A stretch of DNA of 64,000 bases, taken from contig QCQJ01000004.1 of the NCBI GenBank assembly GCA_003209585.1, positions 6,373 to 70,372 of the forward strand. The letters are read 5' to 3'. Position 1 is the stretch's first letter, and every line of letters begins with the position of its first letter. A model generated the notes under the pieces. It had not been told where the DNA came from. It saw only the letters and a program-made list of their open reading frames with translations, and ran no database searches. The stretch is from Prochlorococcus sp. AG-449-G23. Lineage in GTDB: Bacteria > Cyanobacteriota > Cyanobacteriia > PCC-6307 > Cyanobiaceae. This document shows, piece by piece, positions 38,894 through 49,292 of this stretch. The translations under genes were made by a program, and so were the position numbers.

Positions 38894-39644
38894 TCCTAAA
38901 AGACACTAAATAATCACTTAAAAAGCCATAGTCAACATATGATTTTTTTAGTTTAGGGCCTTTAATTACATTTGCCACATTATTCTCATCACCAAGACTG
39001 TCTAAAATACAATCTAATTTAATATTTTCCTCAAGAACAATTGGGATATTTGAAGGAACAAAAATTGTTGGCAAGTTAGCTGCCAAGGAAGATTTCAATC
39101 CTGGATTGGAGTCTTCAAAAACAATTGAGTTGTTTTTATTTATACCACTTAATTGGATTGCCTTTAAATATGGTAATGGATTTGGTTTCTTTAATTCAAC
39201 GTCTTCACTTGAAATAATGAACTCAAAAGGGTTGAAGCCATTAAAAAGATATTCAACAAGTAGATTGACTTGATTTCTTGAACTTGAAGTAACAATAAAT
39301 TGTCTTACTTTTTTTCTATGTAATTCATTTATTAATCTAAAAACACCAGTTTTTAAACTAACGTAATTTTTTTTTATAATTTCTAAATAATGAAATTGCT
39401 TTGTTTCATGAATTTTAAGAATCAAATCTTTTGAGAAATCATCATTATTCGATTTAGCGTAATAAGCAATCCTATTTTTGCCCCCATTTATCCTCAAAAG
39501 TTTTATGTATTTATTAGAGTCCCAATTCCAATTAATACCAAGGTCATTGAAAGCATTATTAAAAGCAGGTAAATGAGCCTCTAATTCAGTATTTGCGATG
39601 GTACCATCTAAATCCCAATAAACACCCTCCAGATACGTCACCAA
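38880..39644 (-). CDS. HAD-family hydrolase (CbbY-like)
   Basis: WDLDGTIANTE..HLPAFN.AF, GGKNRI, KKPNP..Y, FEDS..GL. Confidence 0.88.
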   Translation of the reverse strand: MVTYLEGVYWDLDGTIANTELEAHLPAFNNAFNDLGINWNWDSNKYIKLLRINGGKNRIAYYAKSNNDDFSKDLILKIHETKQFHYLEIIKKNYVSLKTGVFRLINELHRKKVRQFIVTSSSRNQVNLLVEYLFNGFNPFEFIISSEDVELKKPNPLPYLKAIQLSGINKNNSIVFEDSNPGLKSSLAANLPTIFVPSNIPIVLEENIKLDCILDSLGDENNVANVIKGPKLKKSYVDYGFLSDYLVSFRNAKN

Positions 39645-39656
39645 AAAGAATTTATT

Positions 39657-39734
39657 TTATTTACGGTAAAATACAAGAGCAATTATTGCTGGTCCTGCTA
39701 ACGCAACTACAGCCAAAGGAATAAGTGTTGCCAT
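39657..39734 (-). CDS. psb30: Photosystem II protein Psb30/Ycf12 (25 aa)
   Basis: Manual translation MATLIPLAVVALAGPAIIALVFYRK*; LAGP motif inside a single TM. Confidence 0.75.
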   Translation of the reverse strand: MATLIPLAVVALAGPAIIALVFYRK

Positions 39735-39816
39735 GATTAATGAATATGTTTTGTGATACTATTTTTACAAATAAATGACGAAACTGTACTGATACGTTAC
39801 AAGATTGAATTAAATT

Positions 39817-40164
39817 ATGAAATCATGGACATGTATAGAAAATTGCGGAGCTTGTTGTAAATTCGACTTGAATGAAAGAACCGATATGGCTGACAAACTT
39901 AACGAAGAAGATATAGCTTTGATAAACTCAATGACGGCTAAAGACGGTTGGTGTAAAAACCTAGACAGAGAAAATAAAAAATGCTTAATTTATGAAACAA
40001 GACCACATTTTTGCCGGGTAAATGAATTTTCAACTGCATTTAAAGGATATTTGAAATCTGGTGATAAATTTTTAATAGATTGCTGCAAACAACATATTTC
40101 ATCAAATTATGGATCCCAAAGTAAAGAGATGAAAAATTTTAGAATTGCTGTTTCAGGAAAATGA
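39817..40164 (+). CDS. YkgJ-family cysteine-cluster protein
   Basis: C..CGACC, GWC..LD....C.IYE.RP.FC. Confidence 0.88.
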   Translation: MKSWTCIENCGACCKFDLNERTDMADKLNEEDIALINSMTAKDGWCKNLDRENKKCLIYETRPHFCRVNEFSTAFKGYLKSGDKFLIDCCKQHISSNYGSQSKEMKNFRIAVSGK

Positions 40165-40487
40165 ATAGTAAATTAGAAAAAAACGAAAACAATTTAGAAA
40201 AAAGTTTTTTTTCAATATTTATAACGACTTTTACAACAATCTTTATTGCTGAACTTGGCGATAAAACTCAGATAGCTACATTAATGCTTTCTGCCGAATC
40301 GGGCAAGCCAATAATTGTTTTTCTTGGAAGTTCTCTAGCATTAATAAGCTCTAGCATAGTAGGAGTTATTATTGGTAAATGGGTTTCAAAAAAAATATCT
40401 CCTAGCAAATTTGCTTTATTTACTGGAGCTTTAATGATAATGATAAGTATATTTTTAGCTTATGAAACTTTCAAAAATTATTTATAA
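40161..40487 (+). CDS. TMEM165/GDT1 (UPF0016) half-size protein
   Basis: AELGDKTQIAT motif, three TMs. Confidence 0.9.
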   Translation: MNSKLEKNENNLEKSFFSIFITTFTTIFIAELGDKTQIATLMLSAESGKPIIVFLGSSLALISSSIVGVIIGKWVSKKISPSKFALFTGALMIMISIFLAYETFKNYL

Positions 40488-40799
40488 ATGGTTTTAAGTT
40501 TATTACTATCAACATTTCTAACAGTTTTCGTAGCTGAATTAGGTGATAAAACTCAACTAGCCACTTTAACTATAAGTGGCACTTCAAATAAACCATTAGC
40601 AGTTTTTCTAGGATCTTCTTCAGCACTTGTTTTTGCAAGTTTACTAGGAGCATTAACAGGCGGTTCTATTTCAAGTTTTTTACCCGAAGTAGTTCTTAAG
40701 TCAATAGCATCCATTACGTTTTTTATCATTGGTATAAGGCTTTTTGTCAACTCTTTTAACATCGAAAAAGAAGAAAAAGAAGAGAAAGAAAATAATTAG
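40488..40799 (+). CDS. TMEM165/GDT1 (UPF0016) half-size protein
   Basis: AELGDKTQLAT motif, three TMs. Confidence 0.9.
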   Translation: MVLSLLLSTFLTVFVAELGDKTQLATLTISGTSNKPLAVFLGSSSALVFASLLGALTGGSISSFLPEVVLKSIASITFFIIGIRLFVNSFNIEKEEKEEKENN

Positions 40800-40870
40800 T
40801 TTTAAGCTTGGATAATAAGGTGTAATAATGAAGTGTATACCACTAATTAATTTATAATTTCATTTAGATC

Positions 40871-43093
40871 ATGTTCACATCATCATCAATAATTGATAAT
40901 CTTAATCAGTCAGAAGGCTTAGAATATAAAAAATTATGCAGATTATTAAAAATAACAAAAAAATCTGATAAGGATAAATTAGATATTGCTTTAACAGCTC
41001 TAGAAAAACTTGAAATAATTATTAAAAATGAAGATGATGAATATACCTGCATAAAAGATAGTGAACATCTTGTCGCCAAAATAAGATGTAGTAGCAAAGG
41101 TTATTGCTTTGCTGTGAGGGGAAAAGACAAAGAAGATATCTACATTAAAGAAAATCTACTTAACTATGCATGGAATGGAGATAAAGTTTTAGTAAGGATA
41201 ATAAAAGAGGGTTATAGAAGAAGATCACCTGAGGGAATAGTTGATTGTATTCTTGAAAGATCAAATCAAATACTTCTTTCTAAAGTTGAAATAATAAATA
41301 ATGATGTATATGCAATCCCAATAGACGATAGGATCCTTTCTAAAATTAAACTTCCAAAAGAGAATAAAAAATACACTTTCACACCAGACAATAAGAATAT
41401 AGTAAAAGTTGAGATTGATAGATTTCCCATAGGTCAAGAAGAAGGACTAGGTCATGTAATTCAAGAACTAAAACTAAACAATAATGAGGAATATGATACA
41501 GACTTCGTTTTATCTAAAAGCAATATAGTAAAAACATACAATTCAAATAATATTGATTCAAAAAAAATAGAAAAAAGGGAGAGGATAGACCTTACAGATA
41601 AAAAATCTTATTTATTCAAAAGTTGGAATTCTAATAATTCTCCAATACTCCCAATGATTCAAATAGAGCAAGGAAAAAATAAAAGTACTCAATTATGGAT
41701 ACATACAAATAATCTTGCAGAAAGAGTAGATCTAACTAGTAAAAAATCTCTAGAAATATTATTTAAAGGCTTTGAATCATTACCCTTATTAAATGATTGG
41801 CAAAACTACCTTAGTGATGCCATAAGAAATGATTCTGAATTTAAATTTGGTGAAAAGAATGAAGCAATAAGCCTCTGTCTGCAATTAAATAGTGATAATG
41901 AAATAATTGATTGGTCATTTCATCTTACTTTAGTAAGATGTTCACTAGTTGTTGGAAGTGAACATACTGACGCGCTTGTATCTAGAAAAAGTAAATCAAG
42001 GATAACCTCTCGCGTATTAAAACCTATAAAAGAATATATCGACGATTTAGATAAAATTCTTGAAATTTCATGTTCATTCAGACAAAAACATCTTTTGGAG
42101 GGTAAGGTTGAAATTCCTGCGCCACTCAATAAAATAGAAACACTAGAAGAATTTTTTATTCACAATCCAGCTGAATATACAAAAGGATATTTTGAATCAT
42201 TAAATAAAGAAGATTCCCAAACTTACCTTTCACCAATATTATATGAAGCTAATTTAATATGGTTCAAACATTCAAATCAATATGGATTAAAAAGCGCAGG
42301 ATACGTTTCAAAGGGAATAGATTACGTTAATGCAAATGAAATCATTAAATATTCAGAATTTATTGATAATGATATAGAGCTTAATGAAGATGGCAATTTG
42401 ACATTTAGTCAAGTAATTAAATTATGTGGCGATGATAATAAAAAAAGAATCTTACATAAACTTCTAATTAATGAATTTAAGAACAATGAAATAAGGTTGA
42501 TATCTAAAAATCCTGATAATGAGAAATCAGAAAAATTATTTATTTCTCCATGGACAATTCCTGGATTTGACTTCACTAACCTTATAAATCAGTACTGTAT
42601 TTTTAATATGATAATAAATGGTAAGAAATCAAAGAAAAATAATATCAATGCCATCAATATATCGGATAGTAATTCATTAGACTTAGTAAATTGGGATATA
42701 TTTAATTCATCAATTTCAAAGAATCTAGAAATATTATTTAACAAGTTTGTAATAGATAAACTTAATGAATTCAAGTACAAAGTTAACCAATACAAATCTA
42801 ATATGATAAATATAAAAAAAGTAAGAAAAGCAGAAAAATTAATAGGTAATATTTATAGTGGGTTTATATTATCAGTGCAAACATACGGATTCTTTGTTGA
42901 GATATCAGAACTAAATGTAGAGGGCTTAGTACACGTCAGCACTCTTAATAATGATTGGTATGAATATAGATCAAGGCAAAATCTATTGATTGGAAGAAAA
43001 TCAAAGAAATCATATAAAGTTGGAGATGCAATAGAAGTTAAAATCATAAAAGTAGATATTCTTAAATATCAAATTGATTTAGAAATAACATAA
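40871..43093 (+). CDS. RNase R-like (Zam-type) protein with degenerate RNB domain
   Basis: CSD region SSKGYCF..EDIYI..LNYAWNGDKVLV; C-terminal S1 YGFFVEI...EGLVHVSTL; acidic catalytic motif not recognisable. Confidence 0.8.
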   Translation: MFTSSSIIDNLNQSEGLEYKKLCRLLKITKKSDKDKLDIALTALEKLEIIIKNEDDEYTCIKDSEHLVAKIRCSSKGYCFAVRGKDKEDIYIKENLLNYAWNGDKVLVRIIKEGYRRRSPEGIVDCILERSNQILLSKVEIINNDVYAIPIDDRILSKIKLPKENKKYTFTPDNKNIVKVEIDRFPIGQEEGLGHVIQELKLNNNEEYDTDFVLSKSNIVKTYNSNNIDSKKIEKRERIDLTDKKSYLFKSWNSNNSPILPMIQIEQGKNKSTQLWIHTNNLAERVDLTSKKSLEILFKGFESLPLLNDWQNYLSDAIRNDSEFKFGEKNEAISLCLQLNSDNEIIDWSFHLTLVRCSLVVGSEHTDALVSRKSKSRITSRVLKPIKEYIDDLDKILEISCSFRQKHLLEGKVEIPAPLNKIETLEEFFIHNPAEYTKGYFESLNKEDSQTYLSPILYEANLIWFKHSNQYGLKSAGYVSKGIDYVNANEIIKYSEFIDNDIELNEDGNLTFSQVIKLCGDDNKKRILHKLLINEFKNNEIRLISKNPDNEKSEKLFISPWTIPGFDFTNLINQYCIFNMIINGKKSKKNNINAINISDSNSLDLVNWDIFNSSISKNLEILFNKFVIDKLNEFKYKVNQYKSNMINIKKVRKAEKLIGNIYSGFILSVQTYGFFVEISELNVEGLVHVSTLNNDWYEYRSRQNLLIGRKSKKSYKVGDAIEVKIIKVDILKYQIDLEIT

Positions 43094-43159
43094 ATAAATA
43101 TTCACAAAATATATTATGAAAGTATTAACCCAAAAAATTTAATATAACTTTTTAGAATT

Positions 43160-43603
43160 ATGTTTAAGAAAAAATTTTTATTATTAACTCTTTTTTTTAT
43201 AATAATTTTACAAATTTTATTATATACAAATAATAATCAAAAGACTTCATTTAGATACTTTAAATGGACTCTCCAAGAAGTAAGTATAGGTAAGTTAATC
43301 AGTATTTCATTTTTTTCTGGTTTATTAGTAAGCACTTTATTGAATAAAACAATTACTAGTACAAGTTTCAGGAAAAAAACTTTCAATAATGTGGAAGATG
43401 ATTTTGTATCAAATAATAATGAAGAAGATATGGAACCAAACGTTGAGATGCCTCCACAAAGGGATATTAGAGAAACTCAACCAACAATATCTGTTAATTA
43501 CAGAGTAGTTAAAAATATAAATGATAATAATTTAAAAAAAGATCTAAATTATTCAAATCCAGATAATGAAGATGACTGGGATAATGCAGATAATGATTGG
43601 TAG
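43160..43603 (+). CDS. LapA-like membrane protein with acidic tail
   Basis: TM-NNNQKTSFRYFKW-TM architecture; PPQRDIRETQPTISVNYRVV. Confidence 0.6.
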   Translation: MFKKKFLLLTLFFIIILQILLYTNNNQKTSFRYFKWTLQEVSIGKLISISFFSGLLVSTLLNKTITSTSFRKKTFNNVEDDFVSNNNEEDMEPNVEMPPQRDIRETQPTISVNYRVVKNINDNNLKKDLNYSNPDNEDDWDNADNDW

Positions 43604-43662
43604 AAAAATAAATTAATTAAAAAATGTTTTTTTAATTTATAATAAAATAAACAGTTTTTTTT

Positions 43663-44241
43663 ATGGAAGAAAATTTAGACAAAAATAAAGAAGTTAATAA
43701 TGAAATATCTGACAACACTACTAAATCAAACTCTGAGGAAATAAAAGAACCTCAATCAGAAAAAGTTATCAATATGGATTTAAATAATTCCAATTCTGAA
43801 AGTAATTCTGCTTCTAAAGTTGTTATAAAAAATGAAATTGATACTCCCGCCAAAACTATTACTAAACCCAAAAAAGAACTCCCAATAGAGAAAAAGCCTT
43901 TCCAAGAATTCATTAATATACATTTAATTCCTGCACTTAAAGAGGAAATTAATCAAAGAGGATTGGAAATAAACAATATTACTCTAACAAACACCAATAG
44001 ACCCATTGCTGGAGATAAATGTTGGGTAATAAATTGTGAAATTAAAGATACATGTAACTTTTGGCTTTCCTTTGAGAAAGATGATATTAGTTCATTAAAA
44101 AGTATTTCTTTATCTAAACCTAATCAAAAACCCAGCATTATTGAATCATTTCTTATCGACGAAAAAAGAATTACTCTAAAATTAATTATTTCAAGAGTTC
44201 TTCAGAGATTGAATGGACAAAAGTTAATAGGAGTTAATTAG
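43663..44241 (+). CDS. DUF2996 family protein (NdhV-like)
   Basis: EKKPFQEFI..LIPAL, FWLSF, ESFLIDEKRITL.L...RVLQRLNGQK. Confidence 0.75.
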   Translation: MEENLDKNKEVNNEISDNTTKSNSEEIKEPQSEKVINMDLNNSNSESNSASKVVIKNEIDTPAKTITKPKKELPIEKKPFQEFINIHLIPALKEEINQRGLEINNITLTNTNRPIAGDKCWVINCEIKDTCNFWLSFEKDDISSLKSISLSKPNQKPSIIESFLIDEKRITLKLIISRVLQRLNGQKLIGVN

Positions 44242-44321
44242 TGAAACAATAACACCAAGTTAACTTTTCCCTCGAAATTACAAATAATAGTAAATAATAG
44301 TATTAACAAATCAAATAAAAG

Positions 44322-45494
44322 ATGACTCAATCAACTGTTGAATCAAAAAGTAAAAAAGACGTTAATAATGGGAAAATACCAGCAAAAGAAACAATTTTGT
44401 CTCCAAGATTCTACACAACAGACTTTGAGGCAATGGAAAATATGGATTTATCAATAAATGAGGAAGAATTGGAAGCTATATGTGAAGAATTTAGGAAAGA
44501 TTACAATAGACATCATTTTGTAAGAAATAGTGAATTTGAAGGTGCTGCAGAAAAATTAGATCCTGAAACAAGAGAGCTTTTTGTTGATTTTCTCGAGGGA
44601 AGTTGTACTTCAGAATTCTCAGGGTTTTTACTTTACAAGGAACTTAGCAAGAGGATTAAAGACAAAAACCCTCTTCTTGCTGAATGTTTTGCTCATATGG
44701 CCAGAGATGAAGCTAGACATGCAGGTTTTTTGAATAAATCAATGAGTGACTTTGGACTGCAGTTAGATTTAGGTTTTTTAACAGCCAATAAAGATTACAC
44801 TTATTTCCCACCAAGAAGTATTTTTTATGCCACTTATTTATCCGAAAAAATAGGTTATTGGAGATACATAGCAATCTATAGGCATCTCGAAAAGAATCCA
44901 GATAGCAAGATTTTTCCATTATTTAATTACTTTGAGAACTGGTGTCAAGATGAAAATAGGCATGGTGATTTCTTTGACGCATTAATGAAAGCACAACCAC
45001 GAACCGTTAAATCATTAAGCAAAAAAATTACCATTGGGGGCTCTACCTTTACACATCCACTATTTGACTATTTTCATAGATTTAGATATTTTTTGAACAA
45101 TCTTCCATTAACATCCAAGTTATGGTCTAGGTTTTTCTTACTTGCTGTATTTGCAACTATGTATGCAAGGGATCTGGGAATCAAAAAGGATTTCTACGCT
45201 TCTTTAGGATTAGATGCTAAAGATTACGACCAGTTTGTTATTAATAAAACAAATGAAACTTCTGCTAGAGTTTTTCCTGTAGTACTAGATGTTTATGATA
45301 AATCTTTTTACGGAAGATTAGATAAAATAGTAGAGAATAATAAGGTTCTTTCCGATATTGCAAGTAGTGAAGGAAATAGAGTATCTAAAACTTTTAAAAA
45401 ATTACCTAAATATTTATCAAACGGTTACCAGTTATTAAGACTATACTTATTAAAACCTCTTGATAGTAAAGATTTCCAACCTTCTATTAGATAA
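44322..45494 (+). CDS. acsF: Mg-protoporphyrin IX monomethyl ester oxidative cyclase
   Basis: [21 protein letters not shown], di-iron motifs RDEARHAG and QDENRHG. Confidence 0.97.
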   Translation: MTQSTVESKSKKDVNNGKIPAKETILSPRFYTTDFEAMENMDLSINEEELEAICEEFRKDYNRHHFVRNSEFEGAAEKLDPETRELFVDFLEGSCTSEFSGFLLYKELSKRIKDKNPLLAECFAHMARDEARHAGFLNKSMSDFGLQLDLGFLTANKDYTYFPPRSIFYATYLSEKIGYWRYIAIYRHLEKNPDSKIFPLFNYFENWCQDENRHGDFFDALMKAQPRTVKSLSKKITIGGSTFTHPLFDYFHRFRYFLNNLPLTSKLWSRFFLLAVFATMYARDLGIKKDFYASLGLDAKDYDQFVINKTNETSARVFPVVLDVYDKSFYGRLDKIVENNKVLSDIASSEGNRVSKTFKKLPKYLSNGYQLLRLYLLKPLDSKDFQPSIR

Positions 45495-45525
45495 TCTTTT
45501 ATACGGAGAAGATTTATAAACTCAA

Positions 45526-46950
45526 ATGCTTTCGTCACAAATCAAATCAAATGAAATAGTTTTTGGAAGTTGCAATAAAGATTTATTAGAAGAAATTATT
45601 TTCTATGGGATTGTGCTTGGGGCTGATTTTGTAGAAATATTTATAGAGAATACTGACAACTCAAGTGTGTTAGCTGAAGAGGATTTTATTACAAGTGTAA
45701 GTCCATCATTTGGAAGGGGTGCTGGTATTAGGATCTTTAAAGAAAAAAAGGATGGATTTGTAAGTACAAATGATTTAACGAAGCACGGCTTGATGAGATC
45801 GGTATCTCAGGCTATTGAAATGTTAGACATAACAGACAACAAAAAAGGAGAAGCATTTAACGGTTTAAATAAACATAGGGACTATAGTTTATCCAAGAAA
45901 AAATGGATTAATGAAGTCCCATCGATACATGAGATAAGTGAAAAATTATTAGTAAGCACTAAGTCTCTAAAAAAGAATAATAAAATATTAACTAGAAAAG
46001 GAAGTTACTCAAGAAATCTGCAAGAAGTAATTATAGCTTCCAGCGATGGAACCTATGTCTCAGATATTAGGTTGCATCAAACAGTTGGACTAAATGTAAT
46101 TGCTAGTGATGCCCAATATAGATCTAGTGGAAGTAGAAGATTCGGATCATCAGGAATGCCGAATGAATTCAGATTATGGGATCACGAAAAAGCAGCTAAT
46201 GATGTGTTTGAAAGTTCAATGAATATGTTGTATGCAGATTATGTTGAAGCGGGACAAATGCCTGTTGTATTAGCTAATAAGTTTGGTGGTGTTATATTCC
46301 ACGAAGCCTGCGGTCATTTACTTGAAACCACTCAAATAGAAAGAGGAACAACACCATTTGAGAATAAATTGAATGAAAAAATTGCACATGAATCTTTAAC
46401 AGCAATTGATGAAGGGATATCAGAAGGATCCTTTGGTTCATTATCAGTAGATGATGAAGGTATGGAACCAGAAAAATCAGTTCTTATAAAAAATGGTATT
46501 TTAAAAAAATTCATATCAGACAGAGCAGGTGAATTAAGAACTGGCCATAAAAGGACAGGGAGTGGAAGAAGACAAAATTATTCCTTTGCAGCAGCTTCAC
46601 GAATGAGAAATACTTATATAGCTAAAGGTGAGCACTCCAAAGAAGATTTAATTAATAGTATTAGTGATGGTCTTTACTGTAAATCAATGGGTGGTGGCAG
46701 TGTAGGTGCTACAGGTCAATTTAATTTTGCGGTAGAAGAAGGATATCTTATTAAAAATGGAAAGTTAACTAATCCAGTAAAGGGAGCAACTTTGATTGGT
46801 GAGGCTAAAGAAGTTATGCCAAAAATATCAATGTGCGGAAATGACCTCGAATTAGCTCCTGGATTTTGTGGTTCCATTAGTGGAAGTGTCAACGTAACTG
46901 TTGGCCAACCTCATATTAAGGTTGATTCAATCACTGTTGGCGGAAGATAG
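45526..46950 (+). CDS. tldD: TldD metalloprotease
   Basis: FHEACGHLLE, DDEG, RMRNTYI, C-terminal C.....VTVGQPH. Confidence 0.93.
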   Translation: MLSSQIKSNEIVFGSCNKDLLEEIIFYGIVLGADFVEIFIENTDNSSVLAEEDFITSVSPSFGRGAGIRIFKEKKDGFVSTNDLTKHGLMRSVSQAIEMLDITDNKKGEAFNGLNKHRDYSLSKKKWINEVPSIHEISEKLLVSTKSLKKNNKILTRKGSYSRNLQEVIIASSDGTYVSDIRLHQTVGLNVIASDAQYRSSGSRRFGSSGMPNEFRLWDHEKAANDVFESSMNMLYADYVEAGQMPVVLANKFGGVIFHEACGHLLETTQIERGTTPFENKLNEKIAHESLTAIDEGISEGSFGSLSVDDEGMEPEKSVLIKNGILKKFISDRAGELRTGHKRTGSGRRQNYSFAAASRMRNTYIAKGEHSKEDLINSISDGLYCKSMGGGSVGATGQFNFAVEEGYLIKNGKLTNPVKGATLIGEAKEVMPKISMCGNDLELAPGFCGSISGSVNVTVGQPHIKVDSITVGGR

Positions 46951-46953
46951 GAT

Positions 46954-48306
46954 ATGAATTCAAGAGAAATTACAACTAAAATCTCCAAAGCTGCAGATTT
47001 ACTAAATCTTAAAAAATGGGATTATGGTGCAAGCTTTTCTAATGATTATTCTGTGCAAGTAGATAAAGGTGAGGCTAAACAACTTAAGGCATCACAAAAG
47101 CAAATATTAACTTTAAGAGTTTGGAACGAATCTAATTTAGTTGGTATTACAACAACAAGTGACATCAGTGAATCTGGTATTAAAAAGGCTCTAAATCAAG
47201 CAAATATTGCATCTGATTTTGGCAACAAGAATGAAAGGACAGAATTCTCACCATTAGCCAAGGATCCTATAAATGTTAAGGACGCAAAAAAAAGAAATCC
47301 TGTTGGGATTAAAAAATTACTTACTCTTTTAAGAAAAGCAGAAGTGAAGCTATTAGAAAGTCATGAATCCATAAAATCTGTCCCATATAATGGTCTGTCT
47401 GAGAGTTTTTATGAGAGAGTTTATGCAAATAGTGATGGTGCCTTTCGGAGTTATACCAAAAGTCAAGCTGCACTTTATTTATATGCAAGAGCAGAAGAGG
47501 AAAATAAGAAACCTCGTAGCTCAGGTTCAGTAAAAATTGGATATGGAGTTGAAGATATAGATATAGAGTCGTGCATTAAAGACGCTTCTAATAAAACAAT
47601 TTCTCATTTAAATTATTCATCTATTAAAACTGATAAATATTTAATATGTTTTTCCCCAGAGTCTTTTCTAACTATCATAAATTCCTTTAGCTCAATGTTT
47701 AATGCTAGAAGCATTTTAGATGGAGTTAGCTTATCTAATAAAAATTCCATTGGAGAGAAGCTATCTACAGAAGCACTTAATATTTATGATGATGGTCTTC
47801 ACGAAAAGAATATTTCTTCATCACCATTTGATGGAGAAGGAACTCCTACCAAAAGACTATGTTTAATTAACAAAGGGAGAATTGAAAATTTTATACATTC
47901 TGAATCAACTGCAAGAATATTTAAAACAATCCCCACTGGCCACGCTGGACTAGGATCAAAAGTCTCAGTATCTCCTGATTGGATAGTAGTTGAGAAATCA
48001 GAGGAAAACTTTGATCTCAAAACATCATTAGATCACTCTACTTATGAGGGAGAATTTGTTTATATTGAAGAATTAAACGCAATCCATGCAGGTGTTAGAT
48101 CAAGTCAAGGTTCATTCTCTCTTCCATTTGATGGATGGCTTTTTAAAAACGGTACAAAAATTTCAATAGAATCTGCAACTGTCGCAGGTGATATTAAATA
48201 TCTTTTGAAAAATATAGTAAATATCGAATCAAACCAAGAGGTAACAACAAGTGGTATTTCTCCACATATTTGGGTAGATGAATTATCAATAACTGGTGAC
48301 GCGTGA
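46954..48306 (+). CDS. pmbA: PmbA/TldE protein
   Basis: PFDGEGTPT, TGHA, GSFSLP; no HExxxH; follows tldD. Confidence 0.88.
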   Translation: MNSREITTKISKAADLLNLKKWDYGASFSNDYSVQVDKGEAKQLKASQKQILTLRVWNESNLVGITTTSDISESGIKKALNQANIASDFGNKNERTEFSPLAKDPINVKDAKKRNPVGIKKLLTLLRKAEVKLLESHESIKSVPYNGLSESFYERVYANSDGAFRSYTKSQAALYLYARAEEENKKPRSSGSVKIGYGVEDIDIESCIKDASNKTISHLNYSSIKTDKYLICFSPESFLTIINSFSSMFNARSILDGVSLSNKNSIGEKLSTEALNIYDDGLHEKNISSSPFDGEGTPTKRLCLINKGRIENFIHSESTARIFKTIPTGHAGLGSKVSVSPDWIVVEKSEENFDLKTSLDHSTYEGEFVYIEELNAIHAGVRSSQGSFSLPFDGWLFKNGTKISIESATVAGDIKYLLKNIVNIESNQEVTTSGISPHIWVDELSITGDA

Positions 48307-49292
48307 GAATTATATTCTGGGGTACACCTGAATATTCACTTGTGAGTCTTGATATTTTTATTAAATCTAAGCACGATGTAATTGCAGTAGTTAGCCAACC
48401 GGACAAGAAAAGATCTAGGGGAAATAAATTAATATCTTCACCTGTTAAAAGCTTTGCCGAGCAAGAATCTATAAAAGTTTATACTCCAGAAAAAATCAGG
48501 GACAATATACATTTTATCAATGAACTTAAATCATTATCTTGTGATTTATTTATTGTTATAGCTTATGGGAAAATTTTACCCAAAGAGATATTAGAAATTC
48601 CAAAACTTGGTTGTTGGAATGCACATGCTTCATTACTTCCAAGATGGCGTGGTGCTGCCCCAATCCAATGGTCTCTAATGAAAGGCGATGAATTTACTGG
48701 AGTAGGAATTATGAAAATGAGTGAAGGACTAGATACTGGCGACTTATTGTTAGAAGAAAAAATTAAAATCCATAATGACGATAATTTAAATACATTAACG
48801 GAAAAACTTAGTAGCTTATCTGCAAAATTATTTTTAAATGCTGTATCAATACTTGAAGAAAATTTTAATAAAAAAATAAATTCTCAATTAACAAAACAAA
48901 ATAATGTTGGGAGAGAAATTACTTACGCAAGAATGATTGAAAAATCAGACTTTAAAGTTGATTGGGGTAATGATGCAATTAAAATTTTTCGAAAAATAAA
49001 AGCATTATACCCAAGAGCATATACAATTTTTAGAGGTAAGAATCTAAAAATAATTAAGATTAAAGTTTTAAGTAGTGATGATATTAATAATGAAAAATAC
49101 TGTATGATGAGCAATAATCTTTCAGAACCAGGTATTATTCTTTCTGTCATAGAAAATGAAGGAATAATAATTTCAACTAAAACTGATCCGATTTTTTTGT
49201 TAGAAGCAAAACTAGAAGGCAAAAATATTTCTAGCAAAAAGCAATTGATACAACAATTAAATCCATCAGTAGGCGAATATCTCTCAGATTAA
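48303..49292 (+). CDS. fmt: Methionyl-tRNA formyltransferase
   Basis: FWGTPEY, NAHASLLPRWRGAAPIQW, GLDTGD. Confidence 0.96.
   Translation: MRIIFWGTPEYSLVSLDIFIKSKHDVIAVVSQPDKKRSRGNKLISSPVKSFAEQESIKVYTPEKIRDNIHFINELKSLSCDLFIVIAYGKILPKEILEIPKLGCWNAHASLLPRWRGAAPIQWSLMKGDEFTGVGIMKMSEGLDTGDLLLEEKIKIHNDDNLNTLTEKLSSLSAKLFLNAVSILEENFNKKINSQLTKQNNVGREITYARMIEKSDFKVDWGNDAIKIFRKIKALYPRAYTIFRGKNLKIIKIKVLSSDDINNEKYCMMSNNLSEPGIILSVIENEGIIISTKTDPIFLLEAKLEGKNISSKKQLIQQLNPSVGEYLSD

Noticed and set aside
39787-39800. Possible NtcA box GTACTGATACGTTAC
   Set aside because: Spacing is GTA-N9-TAC by my count rather than the canonical N8, and no nitrogen-related gene follows.
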